Shown: one piece after another, positions 42,767 to 53,077 of the stretch
Position numbering within the stretch: position 1 is the stretch's first letter
Layout of the letters: each line of letters opens with the position of its first letter
Assembly (NCBI GenBank): GCA_902806295.1
Contig: CADCWB010000145.1
Span: forward strand, 1 to 53,077
Direction of reading: 5' to 3'
From: an uncultured Sphingomonas sp.
GTDB taxonomy: Bacteria > Pseudomonadota > Alphaproteobacteria > Sphingomonadales > Sphingomonadaceae
Length of the DNA: 53,077 nt
Program-made: the position numbers and the translations under genes
Notes under the pieces: model-generated
What the model was told of the DNA's origin: nothing
What the model saw: the letters and a program-made list of their open reading frames with translations, nothing else
Databases searched by the model: none

Positions 42767-44046
42767 AACGCATCGATGACGTGCAGAACGAGGCCGACCA
42801 GCCCGCCGACGATCGTGCCATTGATCCGGATATATTGCAGGTCTCGGCCGACGGCAGCCTCCAGCCGGTTGGTGATGGTTCGGGCGTCCCAGCTGCGCAC
42901 CGTGTCGCTGACCAGCTTGACGATGGAGCCACCATAGCTCGCCGCCATGCCGGCAACCGCGCGCCGGGCGAACTGGTTGACGGCGGCGCGAATCCGCTCG
43001 TCGCGTTCGAGCGTGGCGCCCATCGACTGGAGCACTTCGCCGAGCTTGCCGGCCATCACCGCATCCGGATTACGGGCCGCGGCGATCACCGCGGCGCGGC
43101 CCTTCTGCCAGAGCGTATCCAGCCACTGCGCAACCGAGGTGTTGGACAGCAGGTCGTCCTTCCATCCTTCCACCCGGGCGCGGGTCTCGGCGTTGTGCTG
43201 AAGGTCGTGACCGAGCTCCACCAGCGCCACCTCCATCTTCAGCCGAACCGGGTGAACGGGGTCGGTGCTCATCTCCAGCGTCAGCTTGCGGAGCCCATCG
43301 ATGATCGAGTCGGCAAGTTTCTCGTCGAGGCTGGCGAGGCGCAGGATCCAACTGGCGCGGCGCCGCACCATGTCGCGGATCAGGCTTTCGTTGGCGTCCA
43401 GCGCGCGGGCGAGGGCGCGGATCGCCGCCTCCAACATCGGCACGTGACGATCTTCGGCGACGGCCGAAGCCAAGGCCTTGCCGAGCACCGGGGCGACTTC
43501 GGCAGCCCGGAGGCGCGAGGAAATGGCGGTCTTGACGATGCCGCCCAACCGCTCGTCATCCAGCGCCTCGAAGATGTCGCCGATCAATCTGCTGGCGCCC
43601 TGGCGAATGCGGGAGCGGGTGTCGGCCCCGCCGGCGGGCACCTGCAGGAAGCGGCCGGCCGCGCCGGCGACGTCCATGCTCCGCATCCGCCGAGCCACGA
43701 CGGGTGCAACCAGGAAATTGTCTCTCAGGAACTGGGCCAGCGTTTCGCCAATCCGGTCCTTGTTCCTGGGGATGATGGCCGTGTGGGGGATCGGCAGGCC
43801 GAGCGGATGACGAAACAGGGCCGTGACCGCGAACCAATCGGCCAAGCCGCCGACCATGGCCGCTTCGGCGAACGCCTTGACGTAGGCCAGCCCCGGGTAG
43901 GTCGGCTCCAGCGCACGGGCGGTGAAGAAAATGGCCGCCATCACCACCAGCAAGCCGGTCGCCACCAACTTCATCCCGGCAGCGCCGGGCTGCACGGGAT
44001 TGAAGCGGGTCAGGGGACCTCGGGCAGGTGAGGGGGCGCGGTTCAT
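42763..44046 (-). CDS. DUF445 family membrane protein
   Basis: AEAAMVGGLADWFAVTALFRHP...PHTAII, GRDLQYIRINGT.VGG. Confidence 0.92.
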   Translation of the reverse strand: MNRAPSPARGPLTRFNPVQPGAAGMKLVATGLLVVMAAIFFTARALEPTYPGLAYVKAFAEAAMVGGLADWFAVTALFRHPLGLPIPHTAIIPRNKDRIGETLAQFLRDNFLVAPVVARRMRSMDVAGAAGRFLQVPAGGADTRSRIRQGASRLIGDIFEALDDERLGGIVKTAISSRLRAAEVAPVLGKALASAVAEDRHVPMLEAAIRALARALDANESLIRDMVRRRASWILRLASLDEKLADSIIDGLRKLTLEMSTDPVHPVRLKMEVALVELGHDLQHNAETRARVEGWKDDLLSNTSVAQWLDTLWQKGRAAVIAAARNPDAVMAGKLGEVLQSMGATLERDERIRAAVNQFARRAVAGMAASYGGSIVKLVSDTVRSWDARTITNRLEAAVGRDLQYIRINGTIVGGLVGLVLHVIDAL

Positions 44047-44078
44047 CGTCTGATCAATAGACGAGCCGCGCCGCAGGT

Positions 44079-47000
44079 TCACTCCGCCGGTTGAGGAACA
44101 GGCTCCGGCGGCCGGTTGCCGGTCGGCAATTCATGCGCACTGTTGCCGATGAAACGCTTGAACACGCGCCCAATGCGGGTCTCGAGACTGATGGCGAGGG
44201 AGTAATAGGCCGGCACCAGCACCAGGGTGAGCGCGGTCGAGAAGATCGGGCCGCCGATCACCACCACACCCATGGGCGCGCGCCAGCTGGCATCACCCTC
44301 GACCGAAGTGGCTATGGGGATCATGCCGGCGACCATCGCGACCGTGGTCATCACGATCGGCTGGGCGCGCTTGTGCCCGGCTTCTACGATCGCCTCGTCC
44401 TTCGGCATGCCGTGGTCCATCATCTCCACCGCGAAATCGACCAGCAGGATGGAGTTCTTGGCGACGATGCCGAACAGCATCAGGATGCCGATCAGCACTG
44501 GTAGCGAGACCGGATTGCCGGTCACCACTAGCGCTACGGCGGCACCGAGCGGTGCCAGGAGCAGCGAGCCCATGTTCACGAACGGTGCGAGGAAACGGCG
44601 GTAGAGCAGCACCAGCACCGCAAACACGAGCAAGACACCCGAGGCGAGCGCGACCGCGAAGTAGAACATCAGCTCCGCCTGCCACTTCTGATCGCCCAAC
44701 TGCAGTTGCTGGACACCGTCGGGCATGTTCTTGACCGACGGCAAGGCGTTTATCTTCGGCCACACGTCGCCGCTCACCAGGCCGGGCGCCAGGTCGGCAC
44801 CGACCGCCAGACGGCGTACCTGATCGGTCCGGCTGACGGAGGTCGGACCGGAGCCGAAGCCGATTTCAGCCACCGATTTCAGCGGAACGGATCCGCCGCT
44901 GCCGGTCGGCACCGGCAGGTTTTCCAGCACCGACAAGTCGCGCCGCTGATTCTCGGAGATCGAGACGCGGATTGGGACTTGTCGATCGGCCAGGCTGAAT
45001 TTGGCGCTGTTCTGGGCGATGTCGCCTAGGGTAGCGATGCGGATCGTCTGGCTGAGCGCGGTCGTTGTGACCCCAAGGTCGGCCGCCACGTCGAAGCGCG
45101 GCTTGATCACGATTTCGGGCCGGCTCAGGTCGCCAAGGGCGCGCGGGGCGCGGAGCTCCCGCATTCCCTCCATCTCCTTGACGATTTTGTTGGCGGTTGC
45201 GCTTAGCAGTTCGGGGTTGTCGCTGCCGAGGAACAACATGATGTCGCGGCCGCCACCGCCGCCGCCATCCGGACCGCCTCCACTCTGGCTCTGGAAGTTG
45301 ACTCGCGCGTCAGCGATCTCAGCCATCTTCGGGGCCAAGCTGCGCTCGAACTCGGTCGAGGTGACTTCGCGATCCTTCTTGAGGACGATGTTGACGAAGC
45401 CGGACCCGGTGAAGATGCGCTCGAACGTACGTTCGACGTTCGGGTTTTGCTGCACGATCTCGGCCACCCGGTCGACGACGTCCTCCGTCTGCGCCAGCGT
45501 AGTCCCAGGCGGCATGCCGATTCGGACGCGGCTATAATCCACGTTCACCGTCGGCTGGAATGTGAAGGACAGGGTGGAGAACAGCAGACCGGTCAGGACC
45601 AGCGAGCCCAATCCGACGCCGACCATATAGAGCCGGTGGTCCCAAATCAGCGATTTCAGTTTGTTGAAGAACCCGGGCCGCCGGGCGCGGTATGCTCGGG
45701 CCTTGCTGTCGTCGATGCTCCAGCGCAGAGCGCTGAGGTAGCCCTGCATATACTTGCCCGAAGCGTGGGAAGCCTCACCATGCGACTTGAGGAAATAGGC
45801 TGCGATCAGTGGCGTGATCATTCGAGCCACGAGCAAGCTCATCAGCACCGCGATAACTACCGTATAGCCGAAGCTCTTGAAGAACTGGCCGGAGATGCCG
45901 GGCATCAGCGCGACTGGCAGGAAGACCGCGACAATGGCCATGGTGGTGGCAAGCACGGCCAGGCCGATCTCGTCCGCGGCATCGATCGAGGCTTGGTAGG
46001 CCGATTTCCCCATGCGCATGTGGCGGACGATGTTCTCGATCTCGACGATCGCGTCGTCGACCAGGACACCGGCGACCAGGCTGAGCGCCAGCAGCGACAG
46101 TCCGTTCAGGGTGATCCCCATCATGCCCATGAACCAGAAGGCCGGGATCGCTGACAGGGGAATGGCGAGGGCGGAGATCAGGGTCGCGCGGATGTCGCGC
46201 AGGAACAGCAGCACCACCAGCACCGCCAGGATGGCGCCTTCAACAAGGCCCTTCATCGCGGAGCTGTACTGATCCTTGGTATATTGGACCTGGTTGACGA
46301 TCTCGACGAACTTGATGCGCGGATCGTCCTTTTCGATCTTGCGCAGCTCGGCCCAGGCGTCGTCGTAGGCGGTGACCTCCGACGAGCCCTTGGAACGTTG
46401 GACGTTGAAGCTGATCACCTGCCGGCCGTCCAGCTTGGCGAGCGTACGCTGTTCGGAATAGGCGTCCTTGACCTCACCCAGGTCGGCCAGCCGGACCGTG
46501 CGTCCGCCGGGTACCGAGATCTGCGTTTGCGACAGGTCATAGGCGGTGCGCGCATTACCGAGCACGCGGACCGACTGTTCGGAACCGGCGATTTCGGCGC
46601 GGCCACCGGTCGCGTTGATGTTGGTTTGGCGAAGCTGATTGTTGACCTGGGCAGCAGTGATGCCCTGAGCTTGAAGTGCCGCGGGTTCAAGGATGACGCG
46701 AATCTCGCGGTCGACGCCGCCCTCGCGGCTGACCGCCGCGATGCCCTCGACGCCGAGCAGGCGCCGGTTGACCGTGTTGTCGACGTACCAGCTGAGCTGT
46801 TCCAGCGTCATGTCCGTGGTTTCGGCAGCGACGAACAGGATCGGATCGCCCGCGATATCGACGCGGGAAACCTGCGGCTCCAGAATGCCCTCGGGCAGGT
46901 CGCCACGGATCTGGGAGATGGCGTCGCGAATGTCGTTGACGGCTTGGTCGGTCGGCGTGCCGATCTCGAACTGGACGAAGGTGTTGCTGTTGCCCTCGCG

Positions 47001-47261
47001 CACCGTGGAGTTGATCTCGTCCACGCCGTTTACGCTACGGATCGCCGCCTCGACCTTTTGCGTGATCTGGTTTTCCATCTCGGCAGGCGCTGCGCCTGGC
47101 TGAGAGATGGTCACGTTGGCAGCTGGAAAGTCGATGTCCGGATTGTTGTTCACGTCCATCCGCATGAACGTGACAATACCGGCCAGCAGCAGGGCTACGA
47201 ACAGCACGATCGGCGGTACCGGGTTCTGGATGCACCAGGCGGAGATGTTGCGGAAATTCAT
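44079..47261 (-). CDS. RND efflux permease (AcrB/AcrD/AcrF family)
   Basis: [30 protein letters not shown], 12-TM architecture. Confidence 0.95.
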   Translation of the reverse strand: MNFRNISAWCIQNPVPPIVLFVALLLAGIVTFMRMDVNNNPDIDFPAANVTISQPGAAPAEMENQITQKVEAAIRSVNGVDEINSTVREGNSNTFVQFEIGTPTDQAVNDIRDAISQIRGDLPEGILEPQVSRVDIAGDPILFVAAETTDMTLEQLSWYVDNTVNRRLLGVEGIAAVSREGGVDREIRVILEPAALQAQGITAAQVNNQLRQTNINATGGRAEIAGSEQSVRVLGNARTAYDLSQTQISVPGGRTVRLADLGEVKDAYSEQRTLAKLDGRQVISFNVQRSKGSSEVTAYDDAWAELRKIEKDDPRIKFVEIVNQVQYTKDQYSSAMKGLVEGAILAVLVVLLFLRDIRATLISALAIPLSAIPAFWFMGMMGITLNGLSLLALSLVAGVLVDDAIVEIENIVRHMRMGKSAYQASIDAADEIGLAVLATTMAIVAVFLPVALMPGISGQFFKSFGYTVVIAVLMSLLVARMITPLIAAYFLKSHGEASHASGKYMQGYLSALRWSIDDSKARAYRARRPGFFNKLKSLIWDHRLYMVGVGLGSLVLTGLLFSTLSFTFQPTVNVDYSRVRIGMPPGTTLAQTEDVVDRVAEIVQQNPNVERTFERIFTGSGFVNIVLKKDREVTSTEFERSLAPKMAEIADARVNFQSQSGGGPDGGGGGGRDIMLFLGSDNPELLSATANKIVKEMEGMRELRAPRALGDLSRPEIVIKPRFDVAADLGVTTTALSQTIRIATLGDIAQNSAKFSLADRQVPIRVSISENQRRDLSVLENLPVPTGSGGSVPLKSVAEIGFGSGPTSVSRTDQVRRLAVGADLAPGLVSGDVWPKINALPSVKNMPDGVQQLQLGDQKWQAELMFYFAVALASGVLLVFAVLVLLYRRFLAPFVNMGSLLLAPLGAAVALVVTGNPVSLPVLIGILMLFGIVAKNSILLVDFAVEMMDHGMPKDEAIVEAGHKRAQPIVMTTVAMVAGMIPIATSVEGDASWRAPMGVVVIGGPIFSTALTLVLVPAYYSLAISLETRIGRVFKRFIGNSAHELPTGNRPPEPVPQPAE

Positions 47262-47292
47262 GGCGTAGCGCCGTCCTTCGATCGTGTGTGCG

Positions 47293-48489
47293 TCAGCGGG
47301 CGGCCTGGCGCCGCGGATTGATCTTCTGGCCGGGATTCAGGAACGGGCCAGCCGAAAGCACGACGGCCTCTTGTCCGCTTAGGCCCTCGACGATGGTCAC
47401 CCCATTCTCGTCGACCGAGCCGATCTTGATCGAACGGCGCTCCACTTCGTTCTTGCCGTTCACAACGTAGGCGAAGTTGCCGTCCTGGTCCGATAGTACC
47501 GCGCTTTGCGGCAGCAGCGGCGCCGTGGTTCCACCTGCGGTGATCTTGGCCTCTGCGAAGCCGCCGGGCCGAATGCTGGGATCGTAAGGCACCGCGACGC
47601 GCACCTCGCCAAGGCGAGTCTGCGGATCGATTACGGGCGCGACCTGCCAGACGGAACCGGGAATGGTCTTGTCCGCGCCCAACGGCGTGATGGTCGCCGC
47701 CATGCCGGTCCGAACCGCGGCAAGGTCCTGTTGCGACATTTGCGCCCGCATTTCCATCTCGCCCCCACGAGCGATCCGGAACAGTCCCTGGCTGCCGGCA
47801 CCGATGACCTGGCCGACCTCCAGGTTCCGCTGAAGCACCAGACCGGCCGTAGGCGCCTTAATGTCGAGCAGGCCGACGCCGGCGCGAGCAGCGCCAAGCT
47901 GAGCTTGCGCAACTCGGACCTGCGCCTGGGCCTGATCACGCGCGGAGCGCTTGCGATCGAGGTCGGCCTTGGACACAAATCCGCGTCCAACCAGCGAAGC
48001 GCTACGCTGATATTCGCTCTGCGCCAGCGCCGCCGACGCGCGCGCCGACTCTACTGCAGCGGCAAGCTGGGCGGTCTGTTGAACCTGGACGGACCGATCA
48101 ACGGTTGCCAACGTCTGCCCGGCGCGAACCCAGCTGCCGGCGTCGACCAGCACTGCGGTCACCCGACCGCCCTGACCGGCGGCACCCACCGGTTGATCCC
48201 GGCGAGCGGCAAGCGCACCGCTCGCGGTGATCACCCGCGCCACCTGGCTGCGACCCGGCACGACGACGCTCACGGTAGGCACCTGACCGCCACGGCCGCC
48301 AGCGCCGGCGGGGCCACCTTGACCCGCAGCAGCGCCGGGCGCCGGCTCATCAGAGCGGTTCATCAGGAAGAACGCACCAATCAGCACGGCCACGGCAAGC
48401 GCCGCGGCGATGAGCAGATTGCGGTTGCGCCGTGAGCGGTCAACCACCACCAGCGTATCCGAGCGATCCAGACGCGTTTCCCGATTCAT
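47293..48489 (-). CDS. RND periplasmic adaptor (membrane fusion protein)
   Basis: N-terminal TM, lipoyl half-motifs V..G..V..GQ.LA and IKAP..G.V, helical hairpin. Confidence 0.92.
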   Translation of the reverse strand: MNRETRLDRSDTLVVVDRSRRNRNLLIAAALAVAVLIGAFFLMNRSDEPAPGAAAGQGGPAGAGGRGGQVPTVSVVVPGRSQVARVITASGALAARRDQPVGAAGQGGRVTAVLVDAGSWVRAGQTLATVDRSVQVQQTAQLAAAVESARASAALAQSEYQRSASLVGRGFVSKADLDRKRSARDQAQAQVRVAQAQLGAARAGVGLLDIKAPTAGLVLQRNLEVGQVIGAGSQGLFRIARGGEMEMRAQMSQQDLAAVRTGMAATITPLGADKTIPGSVWQVAPVIDPQTRLGEVRVAVPYDPSIRPGGFAEAKITAGGTTAPLLPQSAVLSDQDGNFAYVVNGKNEVERRSIKIGSVDENGVTIVEGLSGQEAVVLSAGPFLNPGQKINPRRQAAR

Positions 48490-48698
48490 GTGCAGCATCT
48501 TTCGTCCTGTTCCGGCGCGACTCCTGCCGAAGAGCGCCAGCTGTATTAGTTCAATAGAGCAGTGGAGGCAACAGGCCTCCCGGCCGGCCCAACTGCAATG
48601 GTTTTTCGACCAATGACGGCACCGCTGCCGCAAACGTCCGTTCCCCGCTATACGGCAGATGGTGGGCCTGTCCGGCCTTGCAACAGGGAGCTTGCGGA

Positions 48699-48968
48699 AT
48701 GATCGAAGATTACGGGGTGATCGGCTGGATCGTAATCGGCCTGCTGGCCGGCGGCATTGCCAAGCTGCTGATGCCAGGCAAGGATCCGGGCGGGTGCATC
48801 ATCACCATCCTGCTCGGCATCGCAGGTGCTTTGCTAGCGGGCTTCATCGGCAAGTCGGTCGGCTGGTACGACGCAGGCGAAGCGGCCGGTTTCCTTGCCG
48901 CGATCGTTGGTGCCTTCATCATCTTGTTCATCTACCGCGCAGTGGTCGGTCGGAGACGGCGCCTGTAG
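48699..48968 (+). CDS. GlsB/YeaQ/YmgE (transglycosylase-associated) membrane protein
   Basis: WIVIGLLAG.IAK.LMPGKDPGG.I.TILLGIAGA. Confidence 0.9.
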   Translation: MIEDYGVIGWIVIGLLAGGIAKLLMPGKDPGGCIITILLGIAGALLAGFIGKSVGWYDAGEAAGFLAAIVGAFIILFIYRAVVGRRRRL

Positions 48969-49048
48969 GCTGCTTCACAGCGCCGTTCATTTCCCGGCCA
49001 GCGAAAGGCATGCAGCCTGCTCGGCCGACCATGCGCAGGAGCGACCTG

Positions 49049-49771
49049 ATGATTAGAACCACCCTTGCCGCACTGGCGCTTGCCAGCGCGGGGCTGTCCG
49101 ATGGCGCCTATGCCCAGACAATTATCGCGCAACAACCGCTTGCCGGCACTCGGCTGGATATCAGCGCAACCGGTGAGGTGGCGCGGGTACCGGACATCGC
49201 CATCATTTCCGCCGGAGTGGTGACTCGCGCGGGGACGGCGAGCGAGGCCATCAGCCAGAATGCGACGCGGATCGAGCGGGTGCGGGCCGCGCTGGCGAGG
49301 GTCGGGATTGCTGCCCGAGACATCCAGACCAGTTCCGTCAGCCTCAGTCCCGACTACATCTACGAGGAGCGGCAAGCGCCGCGGTTAAGCGGATACCAGG
49401 CTAGCAATCAGCTCAGTATCCGCTTTCGGGACATCCGCAACTCGGGCCGGATCTTGGATGCACTGGTGGCAGAGGGAGCCAACCAGATCAGCGGCCCAAA
49501 CCTGATTATCGACAGGCCGGAGGCTGCGCTGGACGAGGCTCGCACCCGCGCGCTTGCCGCCGGCCGCCAGCGGGCCGAGCTCTACGCTCGCTCGCTCGGG
49601 CTGCGGGTCGCCCGGCTGGTGGCGGTCAGTGAGATCCCCGGAATGCGCGGCCCGGAGATCATCGTCACCGGCGCGCGGATGCAAGCCGCCGACGCGGCTG
49701 CCAAGACGGAGATCGTGCCGGGGGAGCAGCAACTCTCGATCACCCTGCAGATGAGTTTCGAACTGCAATAG
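49049..49771 (+). CDS. SIMPL (DUF541) domain protein
   Basis: Signal peptide, ATGEV...PD.A.I..GV, DIQT, GY.ASN, GANQISG, PGEQ. Confidence 0.9.
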   Translation: MIRTTLAALALASAGLSDGAYAQTIIAQQPLAGTRLDISATGEVARVPDIAIISAGVVTRAGTASEAISQNATRIERVRAALARVGIAARDIQTSSVSLSPDYIYEERQAPRLSGYQASNQLSIRFRDIRNSGRILDALVAEGANQISGPNLIIDRPEAALDEARTRALAAGRQRAELYARSLGLRVARLVAVSEIPGMRGPEIIVTGARMQAADAAAKTEIVPGEQQLSITLQMSFELQ

Positions 49772-49808
49772 AAAAGGGCCGCCCGGTTTCCCGGGCGGCC
49801 CCATTTTT
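49772..49808. terminator. Bidirectional rho-independent terminator
   Basis: aaaa-gggccgcccgg-tttc-ccgggcggccc-cattttt between convergent genes. Confidence 0.85.
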
Positions 49809-49827
49809 GATTTGGTCCGTAGGGAGC

Positions 49828-50103
49828 TTAGCGCACCCGGCCGCGACGGAACATGTTCACGATCGCGAGCAGGATGATGGCACCCAGCAGCGAAACAAGC
49901 AGGTTCGGCAACGAGAAGTCGCCGCTGGTGATGGAGCCGCCGATACCGAACAAACGCGGAAAGATCAGGCCGCCCAGAATGGCGCCGATGATCCCGACGA
50001 CAACGTTGAGCAGAATCCCCTGCTGCGCGTCGGTGCGCATCACGATGCTGGCAAGCCAGCCCAGAATACCGCCGACGATGATGATCAGAATCCAGGTAAG
50101 CAT
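49828..50103 (-). CDS. Second GlsB/YeaQ/YmgE membrane protein
   Basis: IIVGGILGWLASIVMRTDAQQGILLNVVVGIIGA...GAIILLAIVN. Confidence 0.9.
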   Translation of the reverse strand: MLTWILIIIVGGILGWLASIVMRTDAQQGILLNVVVGIIGAILGGLIFPRLFGIGGSITSGDFSLPNLLVSLLGAIILLAIVNMFRRGRVR

Positions 50104-50258
50104 GCGTTCCCTCCTGTTGTGGTCCGCGCGTTGAAAACGCCGACCTTACCGGCACAAGACGCACGCTGGCACATCTTGTTCCGCTACAGGAACATACACG
50201 TTCAGGAACGTTTCCGAAACGAATTGCGCGACTGCCCCGTTTCGGGAATTCTGGAGAG

Positions 50259-50558
50259 CTAGTAGCGTTGCTGCCGGTCGTACACCTGGCGATAATGCTG
50301 TATTCGGGTGACCCTCAGGCCAGGCATGCCGCTGCGATCCACGGCGCGCTGCCAGCTGGCGAACTCTTCCAAGGTCAGGCTGTAGCGCTGACAGACCTCG
50401 TCCACGGTCAGCAGCCCGCCAGCAACGGCGGCGACCACCTCGGCCTTGCGGCGCACCACCCAGCGGGTCGTGCTTGGGGCCGGCAGCGACTCCAGTGTCA
50501 GCGGCTCGCCAAGGGGGCCGATCACCTGGTGCGGACGAAATTTCTGGTTCTCGAGCAT
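50259..50558 (-). CDS. sciP: CtrA inhibitor SciP (DUF1153)
   Basis: VIGPLGEPLT...LP...T.RWVVRRKAEVVAAV.GGLL, Y.LTLEEF.SWQ, GLRVTRIQ; sits next to mnmA. Confidence 0.92.
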   Translation of the reverse strand: MLENQKFRPHQVIGPLGEPLTLESLPAPSTTRWVVRRKAEVVAAVAGGLLTVDEVCQRYSLTLEEFASWQRAVDRSGMPGLRVTRIQHYRQVYDRQQRY

Positions 50559-50640
50559 CAGTTCCTCGGGACAGGGTGAATGGCTTGGTCGTGAGAGCTG
50601 TTTAACTCTGGTGCGTTGAAGGAAAGCTGAAACGTGGAGG

Positions 50641-50656
50641 TTAACGAGTGCTTCAC
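50641..50656. promoter_or_regulatory. CtrA-like box TTAA-N7-TTCAC upstream of sciP
   Basis: One mismatch to TTAA-N7-TTAAC; extra TTAA half-site at 50602. Confidence 0.5.
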
Positions 50657-50874
50657 TCCGCTTCCCCCTCGGCGAGCGCCAGGCAAGGCAGCTGCGCGAA
50701 CGCACCGCTCAGTTGCCGGGACGCCGCTTGCCATCCATCACCGCCTGCCAGGAAGCGGACGAAGGCCAGCCGCTCGCATGCAAGGCTGCCGGAGACGTTG
50801 TTGGGCGTATTCTCGGCTTCCGCCTGCCAGTGTTTGTCAGATCGTGCCAACCGTGTTCCTCTTCTCCTTCGCAC
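50653..50874 (-). CDS. Possible small hypothetical protein upstream of sciP
   Basis: 73-codon ORF filling the sciP-mnmA gap; start uncertain; no motif recognised with certainty. Confidence 0.3.
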   Translation of the reverse strand: MRRRRGTRLARSDKHWQAEAENTPNNVSGSLACERLAFVRFLAGGDGWQAASRQLSGAFAQLPCLALAEGEAE

Positions 50875-50913
50875 CTAGCCCTGGAGGGTGAACTTCGGGT
50901 AAAGAGCCTGCTT

Positions 50914-52026
50914 ATGCCCATCGACTTCGAACTCGATCGCCCCGCCGGCGCGGCGCGGATCGTTGTCGCCATGTCCGGCGGCGTCGACAGCTCGGTGGTA
51001 GCTGCGCTGGCGGCCCGCACGGGCGCCGAAGTGGTCGGCGTGACGCTGCAGCTGTACGATCATGGTGAGGCGGCCAAGCGCTCCGGCTCCTGCTGTGCCG
51101 GGCAGGACATCTACGACGCGCGGTCTGTGTGCGACCGGCTCGGCATCGCCCACTACGTGCTGGATTACGAAAGCCGCTTCCGAAGTGGTGTGATCGACCG
51201 GTTCGCCGACGATTATGCGAGCGGACGGACTCCGGTTCCTTGCTCGCTTTGCAACCAGGGGGTCAAATTCACCGATCTGATCGACTTTGCCCGGGAACTT
51301 GGGGCCGATTGCCTCGCGACTGGCCACTATGTTCGACGATTGGTGCGTGGCGGGAGGCCCGAGTTGCATCGCGGTGCCGACCCGGCCCGCGACCAGAGCT
51401 ATTTCCTTTATGGCACCACGGCCGAGCAGCTCGCTTTCCTGCGCTTTCCGCTCGGCGCGCTACCCAAACGCGAGGTGCGGCGGCTGGCCGAGGCAGAGGG
51501 ATTGGCGGTGGCCGGCAAGCCCGACAGCCAGGACATCTGCTTTGTGCCGGATGGCGACTATGCCGGCTTGGTCAAGCGACTGCGTCCCGAGACCGCCGCG
51601 CCAGGCGAGATCGTCGACCTGCAGGGACAAGTTCTTGGAGAGCACCCGGGAGTGGTTCACTTCACCGTCGGCCAGCGGCGGGGGCTCACAATCGGTGGCC
51701 AGCAGGAGCCGCTCTACGTGGTGCGGATCGAGCCCAGGGAGCGCCGGCTGGTGGTTGGTCCACGCCGTGCGCTGGCGGTGCGCGAAGCGCGGATCGAACA
51801 GCTGAACTGGCTCGGCGAGAACCAGCACGAGGTCACGGTCAAGGTCCGTTCGCTGGCGCCCGCCGTTCCCGCGCGAATCGAGGGCGAGCGAGTGACGTTC
51901 TCCGCACCCGAATATGGAGTTGCGCCGGGCCAGGCGGCTGTACTCTATGACGGCGAGCGCTTGATCGGCGGCGGGTGGATTGCCGGCACGATAGCGGCCG
52001 ATCTGTCCCTCGCCGCGGCCGCCTGA
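50914..52026 (+). CDS. mnmA: tRNA 2-thiouridylase
   Basis: [49 protein letters not shown]. Confidence 0.96.
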   Translation: MPIDFELDRPAGAARIVVAMSGGVDSSVVAALAARTGAEVVGVTLQLYDHGEAAKRSGSCCAGQDIYDARSVCDRLGIAHYVLDYESRFRSGVIDRFADDYASGRTPVPCSLCNQGVKFTDLIDFARELGADCLATGHYVRRLVRGGRPELHRGADPARDQSYFLYGTTAEQLAFLRFPLGALPKREVRRLAEAEGLAVAGKPDSQDICFVPDGDYAGLVKRLRPETAAPGEIVDLQGQVLGEHPGVVHFTVGQRRGLTIGGQQEPLYVVRIEPRERRLVVGPRRALAVREARIEQLNWLGENQHEVTVKVRSLAPAVPARIEGERVTFSAPEYGVAPGQAAVLYDGERLIGGGWIAGTIAADLSLAAAA

Positions 52027-52493
52027 TGGCTGCGCCGGTCAGTGCCGGCATCTTGTTGTTCCGCCAAAGGGACGGGATCGAGGTGTTGCTGGTGAAGCCG
52101 GGCGGGCCATTCTGGCGCGGCAAGGATGCCGGCGCGTGGATGATCCCCAAGGGCATGGTCGAAGCTGGTGAAACCTTGGTGGAGGCCGCGCTGCGCGAGT
52201 TCGCCGAGGAGACCGGCACTCGCCTTGACACTGTGCCGTGGCCCTTGTGCCGGGTGCGCCAGGCGGGGGGCAAGATCGTGGAAGCGTTCGCCGCGGAAGG
52301 CGACCTTGATCCGCGAACCCTCCACAGCATCGAGTTCGAGATGGAATGGCCACCCAAAAGCGGCGAACGGCAGAGCTTTCCGGAGGTGGCCGTCGCTCGC
52401 TGGATGCCGCTTGGCGAGGCGCGCAAGCTGATGCTGACCAGCCAACTGCCGATGCTCGATGCGCTCGAGAAACGGTTGTCAGCTCAGAGCTGA
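52026..52493 (+). CDS. NUDIX hydrolase
   Basis: SAGILL, PGGPFW..KD.GAW.IPKG, Nudix box AALREFAEETG, FPEV. Confidence 0.9.
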   Translation: MAAPVSAGILLFRQRDGIEVLLVKPGGPFWRGKDAGAWMIPKGMVEAGETLVEAALREFAEETGTRLDTVPWPLCRVRQAGGKIVEAFAAEGDLDPRTLHSIEFEMEWPPKSGERQSFPEVAVARWMPLGEARKLMLTSQLPMLDALEKRLSAQS

Positions 52494-53077
52494 AAGCTAC
52501 CCTCGATCACGGTGCGGCAATCGCCCGCGAGCAGCACCCGGTCATCCTTGAGCTCGCACTCCAGCAGACCACCGCGCGTGCCGACCTGCGCCGCACTGAA
52601 GCGGGTGCGACCCAAGCGCTCGGCCCAGAGCGGCACAAGAGCGGCGTGGGCCGAGCCGGTAACCGGGTCTTCGTCAATGCCATGATAGGCGGCGAACACG
52701 CGGCTGGCGACGTCGCTTTCCCGGCCGGGTGCGGTGACCATCACCAGCGCGTCGATCCGGCGGAGGGCTGCGAAGTCCGGCCGCACGTCGCGGACGGCAT
52801 CTTCATCCGGCAGCGAGACGATCACCGCGCCATTGCCGCCCTGGCCACGGTGAACCGGGCCGTCCACGGCCAGGGCGGCGAGTGCGTCGGGTGCCTCTCC
52901 AGTTGTCACAACCAAGGCCGGGAGGCTTAGCTGCCGCTGCTCGCCATGCCGCCGAACGGTGAGCACGCCCGACCGCGTGCGAAAGCGAACCTCCTCGCCG
53001 GTGAGCAGAATATGCCCGGCGGCGAGCGTCGCATGACCGCACATGTCGACCTCAACAGTCGGCGTGAACCAGCGCAG
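52484..53077 (-). CDS. PhzF family isomerase (5' end outside the window)
   Basis: LRWFTP..EVD.CGHATLA, SR.FA...GIDEDPVTGSAH, RGG.L. Confidence 0.92.
   Translation of the reverse strand: MRWFTPTVEVDMCGHATLAAGHILLTGEEVRFRTRSGVLTVRRHGEQRQLSLPALVVTTGEAPDALAALAVDGPVHRGQGGNGAVIVSLPDEDAVRDVRPDFAALRRIDALVMVTAPGRESDVASRVFAAYHGIDEDPVTGSAHAALVPLWAERLGRTRFSAAQVGTRGGLLECELKDDRVLLAGDCRTVIEGSFQL

Noticed and set aside
44079-48489. RND pump without adjacent outer-membrane factor or regulator as a novelty
   Set aside because: A common arrangement; a shared TolC-type channel is normally encoded elsewhere.
50177-50215. LexA (SOS) box
   Set aside because: The spacing does not match the alphaproteobacterial GTTC-N7-GTTC direct repeat.

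Overview
High-GC, gene-dense chromosomal window from an alphaproteobacterium. Gene content and order suggest Sphingomonadaceae (Sphingomonas/Sphingomicrobium-like); this is an inference. Most of it is core genome: ruvC-yebC-ybjQ-gapR, pyk, the propionyl-CoA to succinyl-CoA operon (pccB-mce-scpA-pccA), formaldehyde detoxification (frmA-VOC-frmB), tRNA-Glu, recJ, glpX, phaC, murA, clpS, a phasin, gmk, ATP12-HAD-rluA, an RND pump, sciP and mnmA. No integrase, transposase, prophage or CRISPR array was seen. The most unusual signal is a family of palindromic DNA elements (78 and 96 nt) inserted in frame inside two enzymes of the same pathway, methylmalonyl-CoA mutase and the propionyl-CoA carboxylase alpha subunit. 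The two copies differ by compensatory base-pair changes, and the surrounding operon carries other repeats and small inserted membrane-protein genes. Other observations: two conserved genes (ruvC, mce) apparently starting at CTG within a CTGA stop/start overlap; an intact 6-phosphogluconolactonase homologue lacking its catalytic motifs; a putative EcfG-controlled stress cluster with two fused glyco-enzymes and a PhaR-like box; and several apparently leaderless genes. All calls come from reading the sequence by eye; no database search was run.
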